The notes beneath the pieces are model-generated. The model did no database searches. It was not told the origin of the DNA and saw nothing but the letters and a program-made list of their open reading frames with translations. This document shows positions 18,333 through 28,289 of a DNA stretch of 64,000 nt, piece by piece. The stretch is taken from the sequence record OU343168.1; one strand, given 5' to 3'. Within the stretch, counting starts at the first letter, position 1. Each line of letters opens with the position of its first letter. A program made the position numbers and the translations under genes.

Positions 18333-19001
18333 TTACTTCACTTTGGTAACACACGACGATCTGACCAGTTCGGTGATACCGATCATCGTAGCTGCCACCG
18401 TCTCGGTGATCTTATCCACCTCGACCACCCCACTCAGCAGTCCTTTCAGCTCATCGAGTCGCTTATTGAGGGCTTCCTTATCGGTGTCGTTACTGTAGTG
18501 GTTGATTTGACCTTCCACCTTGGCAATCTTGCTCTCCAGTACTCGGCGGGTCTCAAAGATGCTCATCCAACTGTTGGACATTGCTTCTTCACAACGACCG
18601 ATTTTTCGGACAAATTCCTTAGCGGAATTGAGGTCTTTGATCGTTGTCACTTTAGGCAAGCCGATAAGTCCATTCACGTATTGCTGGATACCAATAACCA
18701 TGCCATCCGCTACGCCAGAATCCTCACCTTCATCTGCCAGTTTCTGGTACTTCGCTTTACGCTCATTCAAACGAGCCACCGCGGCTTCCAGTTTGGCGAC
18801 CTGATTGCGCATTAGACTGCTGTGAATGATTCTGGACTCAAAGACTTCCTCGATCACCTTCTTGGCCTGTTCGGGTTGGTGTTCCACCGGAAGGGCTTTA
18901 ATGTCGTCAAGTTTCTTAACCACGGTCTCCTTGGCGCTTTGGTCCTCGATCTTGTTGGCGACTACGGTGCTGCAGAGTATTACCTCGGTATTCCCCCACA
19001 A
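18333..19001 (-). CDS. N-terminally shorter paralogue of 19062-20099 (start uncertain, TTG)
   Basis: Shares GLIGLP...RC(E/Q)EAMSNSWMSIF...KI with the upstream gene. Confidence 0.7.
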   Translation of the reverse strand: MWGNTEVILCSTVVANKIEDQSAKETVVKKLDDIKALPVEHQPEQAKKVIEEVFESRIIHSSLMRNQVAKLEAAVARLNERKAKYQKLADEGEDSGVADGMVIGIQQYVNGLIGLPKVTTIKDLNSAKEFVRKIGRCEEAMSNSWMSIFETRRVLESKIAKVEGQINHYSNDTDKEALNKRLDELKGLLSGVVEVDKITETVAATMIGITELVRSSCVTKVK

Positions 19002-19061
19002 TCGGAATAAGTCCTACCTACCCTCCAGCCCTAGGGCTGGAGGGTAGGAGACCACCTTTCT

Positions 19062-20099
19062 TTATTCAACGGTTACAATGCATTTACGCAACACAACCGC
19101 AATATCCGACATGGCCAGTGTCACTTTGGTGGTGTTCTCGCCCACCCGGTTGATACCCTGGAGATGCTGCTTCAGTTCCTTGATCTGTGCATCCAGTTCT
19201 TTGTTCACTTTATCATCACCCGTCCAGTGGTTGATTTTCTCCGACACCTCACTGATCTTCTTCTGGACCGCCTGTTGGCTGTTGAAGATGCTCATCCAGC
19301 TGTTGGACATGGCTTCCTGGCAGCGCCTCAGCTTGGCCAAGAACGCCTTGGCGGTTTCCAAGTTGGTGATGCTGGTAATACCAGGCAGGCCGATCAGACC
19401 GTTCAGGTAGGTCTGAATACTACCTGCCATATCACTGTCATCATCAGTTTTGGCATACTCTTCCTTGAGCGCTGTCAAGTTTTCGGCAGCTTGTTTCAGT
19501 TGAGCGGCATGCTGCTTCAGCTTGGCATTGTCTTCCAGCGAGGCTTCGAAAACTTCGCTGACCAGTTTCTTCACCGCCGCCGGTTGGCTGCTCTCTGGCA
19601 TGGTCTTGATCTTTTCCGCTTCCGCCTTCAACTTGGCTTTCTCGGCATCGGCCTGTTTGATCTGATCGATCCGTGCCCACAAGGCCTTCATGATCTTTTC
19701 GTTGGCCGCTTTATCAGCCGGTGTTTGTTCAGCTTTCTTGATCACTTCCTCGGTCTTCTGGATCTCGACCTTGACTTCTTCCTGGCGGTCCTTCACCTTC
19801 TTCTTGAAGAACCCACCGAAGATCGATTTGAACAGGTTCTTGATGTATTCCCAGGCTTTCTTAATCCCTTCACCAATCGACGACAGGAAACCCTCATTCC
19901 CCGCCACTTCATTACGGGTCAGGTAACCCGCGGTATGGAGAACGGACTGAAGGTAACGCTGATTCGCGGTCAGGTCCATTCCTTCAGTTCCCATGACCGT
20001 ATCCGAGAGACCGTCGAGCACTTGCTCAATGTGTTCCATTTCTGGAACACCGTCCATCAGTTCGTCTTCGTATTCAACCGTATTGGCTTGCTGATTCAT
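19062..20099 (-). CDS. Putative internal head (ejection) protein with acidic propeptide
   Basis: Acidic N-terminus with G-T-E and G-N-E sites (S/A/G-X-E protease motif), then GFLSSIGEGIKKAWEYIKNLF, typical of phiKZ-like head paralogue families. Confidence 0.65.
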   Translation of the reverse strand: MNQQANTVEYEDELMDGVPEMEHIEQVLDGLSDTVMGTEGMDLTANQRYLQSVLHTAGYLTRNEVAGNEGFLSSIGEGIKKAWEYIKNLFKSIFGGFFKKKVKDRQEEVKVEIQKTEEVIKKAEQTPADKAANEKIMKALWARIDQIKQADAEKAKLKAEAEKIKTMPESSQPAAVKKLVSEVFEASLEDNAKLKQHAAQLKQAAENLTALKEEYAKTDDDSDMAGSIQTYLNGLIGLPGITSITNLETAKAFLAKLRRCQEAMSNSWMSIFNSQQAVQKKISEVSEKINHWTGDDKVNKELDAQIKELKQHLQGINRVGENTTKVTLAMSDIAVVLRKCIVTVE

Positions 20100-20116
20100 T
20101 ATCTGTTCCTTAAGGG

Positions 20117-22939
20117 TTAAAAGAGTGAAAGAACACTCCGGGAGGTATACAGAGAATGGGTTTCAGGTTCATCCCCCATATCAAACATTTCTTGGCCGGT
20201 GATATTACCCAACAACTCATGACCCTGTTCTTTACTCATGAGAATGTCCACTTGTTCCTTAGACCATTCCATGATGTTAATACTGCGGGTCATAATGTTG
20301 AGTTTATCCCCGGTGTCCATATCCAAGAGTTTAAAGTAACAGGGAGCATCCTGACCGGTACGCCAGGTACGGGCTTGGACCTGTTTCACTTCATACTCTC
20401 GGAAAGGGGCATTCAACAGAATGGTCAGGTTCGCCATAATCAAGGGATACCCTTCCTTCAGGGAATCAAAGATCGCAATCAACGCACGGAGAGTGGGGTC
20501 TTTCTCAAAGCGTTTGATATTGGTGTCTCGTTCGTTGCTGTTTTCACCGTATACTGTCACATTCGGATACCCGGCCTTCGTGAGGTATTCCTCGCAGAGT
20601 TTAAGGGCATCCACGTAGGAGGTAAAGATCAGAGTCTTCTTCTCCACGTTATCGATGAGCTCAGGGAGTCCTGCGTGCGCAATGGTGTCCTTAATAGCGT
20701 TAATACGGGCTCGTCCTAAAACGTTCCCTAAGGCCTCTCCACGCAGTTTTAGACCCAGGTACTTAACCGCGGACTTAATGTTCCTGAAATCCTTCAGGGC
20801 GGTCCCTTTAAGGCCCTTCTCGATGTCTTCTTCCACCCGCTTACAGAACTGACTGTCTTGGTTATCCGTAAAACTGTTATACCCCCGGGTTCTGAACCGG
20901 TGAACAATCTGTTTGTACTTCACCAGATTCTCAACCGCTTTAGCATTCCCCTGGATGGACAGTTCATACGACGTCAGAACATCGTTGTAGAATTCCAAGA
21001 AGCTCGGCATATGTTTCGTATAGAACGCAATCCGTTCTCCAATGTAGATCTGCATTTGGAGGCGAATAGCATCCAAGGTGTATTGATCCGAATTCGGGAT
21101 CTTCACCTTAACCAGTTCCATAGGAGGAGGATCGCCCAATCCCACCAGTTCAGGGATCGTAAACTTCATACGTCCAATACGCCGGCTCAGCAAATCCATT
21201 AACGAGGGACGGTTACGTCCATAGGACGCCATAAAGAACTCCCGAGCCTTCTTATCGAAGTAGGGATCGATCATACAGGTCGTTGGGAAGATCTCACTCC
21301 CCTGGGCCTTTAGCGGCGTCCCTGACATCGGAAGGTGATGCCCGAACAGTTCCATGTCGCACCATTCGATCAACTTCCGTGTACGGGCTGCTTTAGGGTC
21401 ATTGAAGTTCTGGGATTCATCCAGAATCATCTTCAAAGCGCCTTTATGCTTCTTACTCAGCGTAATGAGGAAGTTCTCCAAGTATTTCCCCATAACACTG
21501 GTCATGTAATCGTAATGGACGATGTAGAAGTCATACCCTTCTTCTAAGACCTTACCGCTGATACTGGTCCAGATACGGGGTGGAACCTTAAAGTGCTGGA
21601 GGGGTTGTTCTACCCAGACTTTATCCACAATGTTCATAGGGCAAAAGACAACCGTCGGAGCCGTATTAATCAATTGAGACCACACCAAGGACGTAAAGGT
21701 ATTGTGGGTCACGATGTAGTCATCTACCACATACAGCTTCTCGTCATTGTCCAAGGCAATGCAGCAAGTCTCTTGATCCTCCACTTTCTCCCAGTGCGTC
21801 AGCTTCAGTTGCAGGTCTTTATACTGGGAGAAGCCATACATTCCCTGAACACAGGGGTTGTCTCCAATTAACCCAGTCATCATCTTGTCGACGTCTCGGT
21901 GCTTAAAGTCAACCTTATACAAACCGTTAACCAACACTGGCTCCGTAGCTGTTCCTCCAATGGACCACATCAACCGACGGAAGTTCTCCATCCCAATCCG
22001 GTTCTCGTGATACGCGGATAAGACGGATTCACTGATTAAACACCCCACGTGTTCAATCACCGATGTGACTATATTAAAGCGATCCCGATACGGGAGCTCC
22101 AATACACCGCCCCCTATTACAACGTCGGTATTAACCAGCTCCCTTGCGGCGGCTTCAGACGAAGTATTACAAGGGACGTTGTATCCATTGATCTCACCCA
22201 CTAAAGGGAAGTACACATCCTCTTTACGGGCTTTATGGAGTACTTCCAACGTGGTTAAGATTTCATCGACCCCATTCACCGTGGTTTTCCACAAATGATA
22301 CGGATGAGAGTCAGCCGTTCTACCGTCTTCGAAATAGAAGCGATAAACTTCCGTGATCCCCTGAGGGTAAATACTCTCCACACACGCGGTATCACCTCCA
22401 GGGGTCACTACGATATCCTTGACCTTTAGGTCACCCAAGGCTTTCCACCCATTTGGGACTTTAACCCGGGTTGAGAGAGGCATGGCTTTCCCTGAACCTG
22501 GTTTAGCATCCAGCAGCATCCCTTTCAAGTGATAACTGTTCACAATGATAGGGTATTGCTGAAGAAAGTCCAACTGCTGAGGAAAGGGAACCGTATTGAA
22601 CTGATTCAGTTTCTTAAGATCAAAAGGTTTACCTCCCGGATTAACCGTATCTTTAATCCAGGTCTCGGTTTCAATGAGTTCCTTCAATTCACTCAACGCT
22701 CGTCTGCGGGTACGGAGGTTCCGTATTTTGAGGAGTTCCCCCACAATGTGGTGCAATTCTACCAGGAAGAAGTTATGCACCTTAATGGTGTCCCAGGATT
22801 CGCGTCGAATCTGATGTTTCGTTAAGAGAGAAGTGCTGTAGAACTTCTCAATGTCTTTGGCTAAATCGTAATAGGACACACCCGTAATGTGTACGTAGTC
22901 TCCCGTTTGTTTGATCTTAACTGAAAACAGTCCTAACAT
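20117..22939 (-). CDS. SF2 (SNF2/DEAD-like) helicase containing an intein
   Basis: Walker A AKPGSGK|T interrupted by the intein; LDESQN, MSGTP and QVQARTWRTGQ motifs; 678-aa extein. Confidence 0.92.
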   Translation of the reverse strand: MLGLFSVKIKQTGDYVHITGVSYYDLAKDIEKFYSTSLLTKHQIRRESWDTIKVHNFFLVELHHIVGELLKIRNLRTRRRALSELKELIETETWIKDTVNPGGKPFDLKKLNQFNTVPFPQQLDFLQQYPIIVNSYHLKGMLLDAKPGSGKAMPLSTRVKVPNGWKALGDLKVKDIVVTPGGDTACVESIYPQGITEVYRFYFEDGRTADSHPYHLWKTTVNGVDEILTTLEVLHKARKEDVYFPLVGEINGYNVPCNTSSEAAARELVNTDVVIGGGVLELPYRDRFNIVTSVIEHVGCLISESVLSAYHENRIGMENFRRLMWSIGGTATEPVLVNGLYKVDFKHRDVDKMMTGLIGDNPCVQGMYGFSQYKDLQLKLTHWEKVEDQETCCIALDNDEKLYVVDDYIVTHNTFTSLVWSQLINTAPTVVFCPMNIVDKVWVEQPLQHFKVPPRIWTSISGKVLEEGYDFYIVHYDYMTSVMGKYLENFLITLSKKHKGALKMILDESQNFNDPKAARTRKLIEWCDMELFGHHLPMSGTPLKAQGSEIFPTTCMIDPYFDKKAREFFMASYGRNRPSLMDLLSRRIGRMKFTIPELVGLGDPPPMELVKVKIPNSDQYTLDAIRLQMQIYIGERIAFYTKHMPSFLEFYNDVLTSYELSIQGNAKAVENLVKYKQIVHRFRTRGYNSFTDNQDSQFCKRVEEDIEKGLKGTALKDFRNIKSAVKYLGLKLRGEALGNVLGRARINAIKDTIAHAGLPELIDNVEKKTLIFTSYVDALKLCEEYLTKAGYPNVTVYGENSNERDTNIKRFEKDPTLRALIAIFDSLKEGYPLIMANLTILLNAPFREYEVKQVQARTWRTGQDAPCYFKLLDMDTGDKLNIMTRSINIMEWSKEQVDILMSKEQGHELLGNITGQEMFDMGDEPETHSLYTSRSVLSLF
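21701..22486 (-). mobile_element. 262-aa intein, Ala1, class-3 WCT signature, degenerate endonuclease region
   Basis: Starts AMPLSTRV after GSGK and ends IVTHN before Thr+1; block B HPYHLW (Trp), block F ETCCI (Cys), block G Thr. Confidence 0.92.
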
Positions 22940-22968
22940 TGAAGTCGTCCTTAAAGAAGGGGTTTAAA

Positions 22969-24135
22969 ATGCGTCAAGTAGAAGTAGGATCCGTGGGCTA
23001 TAACAACCTGGCTCGTCTATACGACCACCTGTGGGGTGGAGAATTGGTTGAGGTAGGCCAACGGGTAGAAGGGGAAACGGAATATCGAGATGTGCTGACC
23101 CTCGGAGATGTCGAGATCCATCACTTCTTCACCCTCAATAAAGAAGGCAAAGAAGAAGCCTACGTGCGGTATACCCGTGACAACGGTACCCTCACGTTCC
23201 GACTGAACGAGAAGTGGACCCAATACCTCTTCAATGACGAAATCTTCACCATTCCAGAAGAGATCGTAGAGGGTATGGGGAGGGTCTCTATAGAGTTCCC
23301 CAGCAGTTGGTTACAGGTCGCGGCTAAACACCCCGCTGATGATGTGCTTCAAGATGACCTGAAAACCACGGATAAACTGGTGATTAAGCTCTCCAATAAA
23401 CTCCGTCATGCCGTGGATGTTATCACCAAGAAAAGCAATCATTTGGTTGAATGGGTAGGTAAACGTGACCACGACCTCTACCTCACGTTCAAAACCAAGA
23501 AAGACGACCTTTCTTACTTTACGGTTCGGTTTGATAAAGTCTACCCTGAAGTCCCTAAAGAAGGGATTACCCTCGGGGAAGGGGAAACGTTGGAGATCGA
23601 TAACCCCGATGACCGTCAGGAAGTTAAGGACCTTATTAAGACTATCGGTGAACTGGAACACCAAGTGAACCGACAGATTCAATATTACCGCAAGCATGCA
23701 GACCTGACTAACGCGGGTAAAGCACTCTTCGAGCAGGAAGTCCGTACCCTTCTATTTGCTGCCAGTCACTTCAGTAGACGCATCTATCCTTTCAACAGTG
23801 TACATGGTAAGGAATGGTTGGATAAGGCGGCTAACGAGATCCTGGAGCGCTTGTACGCCTATAAAGCCACCACAGACGTTCCCTTCGGGTTGGATGTGAA
23901 CAGTTGGTTCGTGTGGAGTTATCCACTGGATGGGAGTGAGCCGGTTAAGGTCACGGATGAATCGGTTGACTTCATTGAACGCGTACTTAATCGGTACACG
24001 GAGAGTTTTGTTGATATCCTGACGGGTTTCCTGATGGATTTGAACCACACGGAAGTCATCCGCCCGTATCACTACGTAGTTCCTGCTGACCTCAGTGACG
24101 GATACTCGATCGGCTCGATTCGTCGGGTAAAATAA
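22969..24135 (+). CDS. Hypothetical protein (~388 aa)
   Basis: Long ORF, AAGGGG SD before ATG 22969, divergent from the helicase. Confidence 0.75.
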   Translation: MRQVEVGSVGYNNLARLYDHLWGGELVEVGQRVEGETEYRDVLTLGDVEIHHFFTLNKEGKEEAYVRYTRDNGTLTFRLNEKWTQYLFNDEIFTIPEEIVEGMGRVSIEFPSSWLQVAAKHPADDVLQDDLKTTDKLVIKLSNKLRHAVDVITKKSNHLVEWVGKRDHDLYLTFKTKKDDLSYFTVRFDKVYPEVPKEGITLGEGETLEIDNPDDRQEVKDLIKTIGELEHQVNRQIQYYRKHADLTNAGKALFEQEVRTLLFAASHFSRRIYPFNSVHGKEWLDKAANEILERLYAYKATTDVPFGLDVNSWFVWSYPLDGSEPVKVTDESVDFIERVLNRYTESFVDILTGFLMDLNHTEVIRPYHYVVPADLSDGYSIGSIRRVK

Positions 24136-24147
24136 CGAAAACGACTA

Positions 24148-24181
24148 TACTCCAGGAGAGCCCAACGGCTCTCCTGGAGTA
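24148..24181. terminator. Hairpin between convergent genes
   Basis: 15-bp stem TACTCCAGGAGAGCC/GGCTCTCCTGGAGTA. Confidence 0.8.
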
Positions 24182-24188
24182 GTCGGTA

Positions 24189-24821
24189 TTACGGTACACC
24201 CAATCGAGACTCTAGATCCTTAATGTATTCATCCCTGGCCACTAAGGCTGCTTCCAGATCCCGGATACGAGACAAATCATTACTGTCATCCGTAATCGTG
24301 TTCTTGCGGGTGGTTTCAAACACATCATGCTCATTCTTCGAGACATACCCAATGACCGGTACAGTTCCCAAAGTGGATTTCCCTTCCACTCCGAAATGGG
24401 CTTTGATGTAGGTATCAAAATGTTGCATCGCCAAGACGAGGTTATCCTTCATCTCGGGGGGTAATGCACCGCAGTCGGTGACAATACACATGCGTTCGTA
24501 CGAATACCCGTCTACCAAAGGGAAACTCTTTAGGTAGGTGGTCAGCACGTAGACCGGTGGACCACTCCGCGGTATTAACGACACCACCACGGCGTTTTCA
24601 CTGATCGCCTTTTCCAGTACCGCAGGGTAATCTGCTTCGCTGAGTCCAATGGGTTTAAAGACCCGCTCGTAGATCTTAATCTTCAATCCCTGCATTTCAG
24701 GGATCGTTCGAGTGGCCTCTACGGTGTAGAACGTATTGGGATTCACCACGGTTGAGAAGGGTGCGATAGCTTCAAACCGTCCGGCTGCACCAATGGCTGG
24801 AATGATGTTTTGCTCAGCCAT
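24189..24821 (-). CDS. Hypothetical, probably virion structural protein
   Basis: 210-aa ORF with GAGGAG SD, coupled to the upstream gene. Confidence 0.6.
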   Translation of the reverse strand: MAEQNIIPAIGAAGRFEAIAPFSTVVNPNTFYTVEATRTIPEMQGLKIKIYERVFKPIGLSEADYPAVLEKAISENAVVVSLIPRSGPPVYVLTTYLKSFPLVDGYSYERMCIVTDCGALPPEMKDNLVLAMQHFDTYIKAHFGVEGKSTLGTVPVIGYVSKNEHDVFETTRKNTITDDSNDLSRIRDLEAALVARDEYIKDLESRLGVP

Positions 24822-24824
24822 TCA

Positions 24825-26171
24825 TTAATCCTCCTCTACAATCCCGTCTTGAATCATTTGCCACCGGGTGAACATCACGTATTTCACTTTACCAATACGC
24901 TTGGCCACACAGACCTTATCCAAGCGAGTCAGACGGCTGACCCCGGGAGGCAGCAAAGAGAACGGCGTAACCACTTCAGCGGCTGCTACCAGGTCCTCCA
25001 TTCCACGGATAAACGCCATGGTGGCCTCACCCATGGATCCAAAATCAGGATCCAGGGAGGGAATCAATTGGTACTGGGGAACAATTGAACGAATCTTCTG
25101 CATCCCTTGACGGTTGTTCTTTTTAGCTACAAACCCAATCTGAATCGATTTATACAGCATGGGTAGGGTTTGGAAGGATTTTATGATGAAGTCTTCTGGT
25201 ATTGTTGGGACCAAGTACCGCTTGGCAATATCGATTTCAGTCTCACGATCGACAATGGGGGAGAACGAGCTAGCACCGGTGGTGCGGTCTACAATCCCAA
25301 TCATGTCGAAACGGGGGATGGCATAGAACTCCAGCGGGTTGAAGAGATCGGGGATCTTTTCTTCCCAATCTTCACGGGGATACTTCGAATCTTTCAAGAT
25401 CTCATCTTGAATCTGTTCGTAGAGCTGATCTTCCGCCTCGGTACCATTACCCCAGGACAGGATAGACCAGTACCCCATGTTGAACTTGCCGGTGTTAATC
25501 AGGTCAAGTATCTGGAATTCTTCGACGTTGCGCTCTGTATAGGGCCAGCCTGCATTCCGAGTCGCTTCATGTTCACGTTGCGCGATGACCGTCGGGGTTT
25601 CCCGTGCGAACCGTTCAGCAATCTGCTGATAGTTCATGGTCATCAGGTTGTCCATCTCGTTTAACGGGATGGGGTGGATAATCGTAAACTGAACACGGGG
25701 ATATTGGATCAGGAAGTACGCGTCAGCCATCCACAAGTAGAACGGTTGGTTATCACCACCCACGACATGATAGCCACGAACAAAGCTCGGTAGCCAGATC
25801 GTGTTATTGGTGACCATTTCACCAACGTCTTCAATCACAACATTGGTGGTGAATTGGGCTTTGAGTAGCGCAAGGGTGTTAGGACGACTGTCAGTGATTT
25901 TCCCGCTTAGAGCTTGTTCATACAACCAGTTGGACACACCGATTTGAGCTTCAGCAATCGCTTGCGGCATAACAATCTCTGTTCCATCGGTTTCGGAATA
26001 GAAATTGACCAATACGGTTGCACTGGGAATGTTCGCAGCCAGGGTAAACTTACCCGGGTCTTTGGCGTAACTGTTGGACTTGTTCGACAGTTCGCCAATA
26101 GGGGAGGTTGTGAGTAGACTGTTGTCGTGAAGCTTTGCTATACTTGCGAAAGAAAGGAACGTGGTACTCAT
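24825..26171 (-). CDS. Hypothetical, probably virion structural protein
   Basis: 448-aa ORF in the conserved jumbo-phage core block. Confidence 0.6.
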   Translation of the reverse strand: MSTTFLSFASIAKLHDNSLLTTSPIGELSNKSNSYAKDPGKFTLAANIPSATVLVNFYSETDGTEIVMPQAIAEAQIGVSNWLYEQALSGKITDSRPNTLALLKAQFTTNVVIEDVGEMVTNNTIWLPSFVRGYHVVGGDNQPFYLWMADAYFLIQYPRVQFTIIHPIPLNEMDNLMTMNYQQIAERFARETPTVIAQREHEATRNAGWPYTERNVEEFQILDLINTGKFNMGYWSILSWGNGTEAEDQLYEQIQDEILKDSKYPREDWEEKIPDLFNPLEFYAIPRFDMIGIVDRTTGASSFSPIVDRETEIDIAKRYLVPTIPEDFIIKSFQTLPMLYKSIQIGFVAKKNNRQGMQKIRSIVPQYQLIPSLDPDFGSMGEATMAFIRGMEDLVAAAEVVTPFSLLPPGVSRLTRLDKVCVAKRIGKVKYVMFTRWQMIQDGIVEED

Positions 26172-26204
26172 GATTGGCTCACCGTTGATGTAAGGAATAC
26201 GCCC

Positions 26205-26660
26205 ATGGTTTTAGGTATTGCAAAGGAGATGGCGGATAGATTCATAGAATTCGTTCTTAAATTCTTCAAAGGGGAGTCTGCTGAAGACCAACTGAGCAAA
26301 GCCCTTAAAGTTTCAGTACTTACTATTGCCCTGCTACTGTTTGGTTTGTTTGCATTGTTGAGTAACAACCTCAACCTGCGCATGGATCTGGCGGATGCTG
26401 AAATTGGTCTGGCTAAGATTAATATGCTCTTCGACCCTACTGTGGGGGAAGGGGGACCTTTAAAAGAGTTCGTTCGTATCAATGATGCGTTGAGTCGACA
26501 ACTAGACAGTGTTAAGAATCAAAATATCATCTTGTCGAAACGAACCATTACTGCGACGGCTGAAAACAAGGTACTTAAGGAACATCTACTTAAGGTCCTT
26601 GAAGAGAACAAGATTCTACAAAATAATAACCAAATGCTGTTGAGAAAATGCACACAATAG
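26205..26660 (+). CDS. Membrane-anchored coiled-coil protein
   Basis: AAGGA SD near ATG 26205; TM segment VSVLTIALLLFGLFALLS followed by heptad-rich C-terminus. Confidence 0.6.
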   Translation: MVLGIAKEMADRFIEFVLKFFKGESAEDQLSKALKVSVLTIALLLFGLFALLSNNLNLRMDLADAEIGLAKINMLFDPTVGEGGPLKEFVRINDALSRQLDSVKNQNIILSKRTITATAENKVLKEHLLKVLEENKILQNNNQMLLRKCTQ

Positions 26661-26726
26661 GGACCGGTTAAATTCCACAAGGATGTGTATCCCATGTACA
26701 TGCACCTATTAGAATGAGTTAACGTA

Positions 26727-28238
26727 ATGGAAGCCATCACACCGTCTGTCAACTGGGTTATGTACCTCCTGGTGGGGCATAACAGCAAGTTAAAGAAAAA
26801 CGGCTACTTCCTGGGTGGTCATGGGTATTCTTACGATATCCAACAAGAAGGTAAGCGTAAGCTAACCAAGGATGTCCCGACGTCGGCGGGGTATTATACC
26901 GGTAATCCTCAGAAGACCAATACGGCTGTAACGATTCGGGATATTGTGTCGTTGACCGTAGTGAATGCGGAGAGTGAGCTGGAAGCCCTCTTGAAGGGAT
27001 ATTGGGAAGTCCTGAATGCCCTTACCACCGATCCCATCCTGAAGAACCTGTGTGTCATTACCGAACACAAAGTCTTGGAAGCCTTGAGTAAGGTAGATAA
27101 GAAGAACGTCGAAGACACTGAAGAGTTCAAACTCGGAAGACTGGTTTTAAGTGCAACAGAGCGAGCGGTGTTGTTAGACATCCTCACCTGCTTGGAAATA
27201 GCCAGTCAAACAGACCGTCGGGTGGTCTTCGATTTTCCAGGTGTTGCAGAAGGGGGTCAAGGGAATAAGGAAGCCGCCAAACAAAGGGACCTTGCTGAAA
27301 CAATCAGTCTGTTTGGGTTTAAGAAGGAAACCAACCTGGAAGTGGTTTCCCGTAAGGAGTATGAAAACCCAGAGGTGGAATTCAACAAGATCGTCAGTGC
27401 CTCTCGGTGGTATTTCAATACCTTGGATCCTGAAGCGTTCTATAAAGAACAACACGGGTATCGGGTGTACGGGTTTGGTAAAGTCGAACGGGATAAAACG
27501 TACTACGGTAAGCTCACCCCGGATGTGACCTATTCCAAACTCTACACCAAACGACCCCTTCGTTTACTGGATAAGTTGTTTGACTTTACGGTACAACGGA
27601 TTGCCAATCCCGAGGGGTATTTGTCAGCAGGTGATCTGAACCACATTGTCACCAAGGATGTGGCGCGGTTAGTGGATCATTTCCCAGGGGTTCCTAAGGA
27701 AAAGGAACTGATTTCCCCTTTCACCAAACAGAATACGAAACCGGTTCTGATTGAACTGATCTCACCAGTATTGATGTCGTATCGGATCAGGGATTTCTTA
27801 ATTGGGATGGACATTCTGTTTGAAGGGTTTATGAACAAGGATACCGAGAACCGGTATGGATATCTGACGTTCTACATTATCACGGATTTGATTTACCAGA
27901 AGGAAGTCAATGGAAAAGGGGTGGAGAAGCTTAAGCTGGATCCAGCCTTTACCCAGACTCGGGAAACGATCAGTTTAAAGGTCACTCATCCCAGCGCAAT
28001 TAAGCCGGTAACCATTAAGCTGTCCATCGGGTACGACACCCCGGATCGCAACGCTTTTAATTCGATTACGGACCCTAAAGTTAAGGTCTGGTGCGTGACA
28101 GACACCCGGAACAAGGAAGGTTTGCGGTACGCGACGATTGTGGAGACGGATGAGTTTATCTATATCCATACGTCGGCGATTGCTAACCTTCGGGTGTTAA
28201 CCTTGGCGGAGTTAGGACGAAGTACTGATAAAGCGTGA
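26727..28238 (+). CDS. Core hypothetical protein, possible degenerate RNase H-like N-terminus
   Basis: 503 aa; LGGHGYSY resembles my recollection of phiKZ-group RNase H-like proteins and the gene order fits, but the first catalytic Asp is not evident. Confidence 0.4.
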   Translation: MEAITPSVNWVMYLLVGHNSKLKKNGYFLGGHGYSYDIQQEGKRKLTKDVPTSAGYYTGNPQKTNTAVTIRDIVSLTVVNAESELEALLKGYWEVLNALTTDPILKNLCVITEHKVLEALSKVDKKNVEDTEEFKLGRLVLSATERAVLLDILTCLEIASQTDRRVVFDFPGVAEGGQGNKEAAKQRDLAETISLFGFKKETNLEVVSRKEYENPEVEFNKIVSASRWYFNTLDPEAFYKEQHGYRVYGFGKVERDKTYYGKLTPDVTYSKLYTKRPLRLLDKLFDFTVQRIANPEGYLSAGDLNHIVTKDVARLVDHFPGVPKEKELISPFTKQNTKPVLIELISPVLMSYRIRDFLIGMDILFEGFMNKDTENRYGYLTFYIITDLIYQKEVNGKGVEKLKLDPAFTQTRETISLKVTHPSAIKPVTIKLSIGYDTPDRNAFNSITDPKVKVWCVTDTRNKEGLRYATIVETDEFIYIHTSAIANLRVLTLAELGRSTDKA

Positions 28239-28289
28239 ACATTATACCTACTGGGAGGTGTGAACCTCCCAGTAGGTATACGTATGTTA

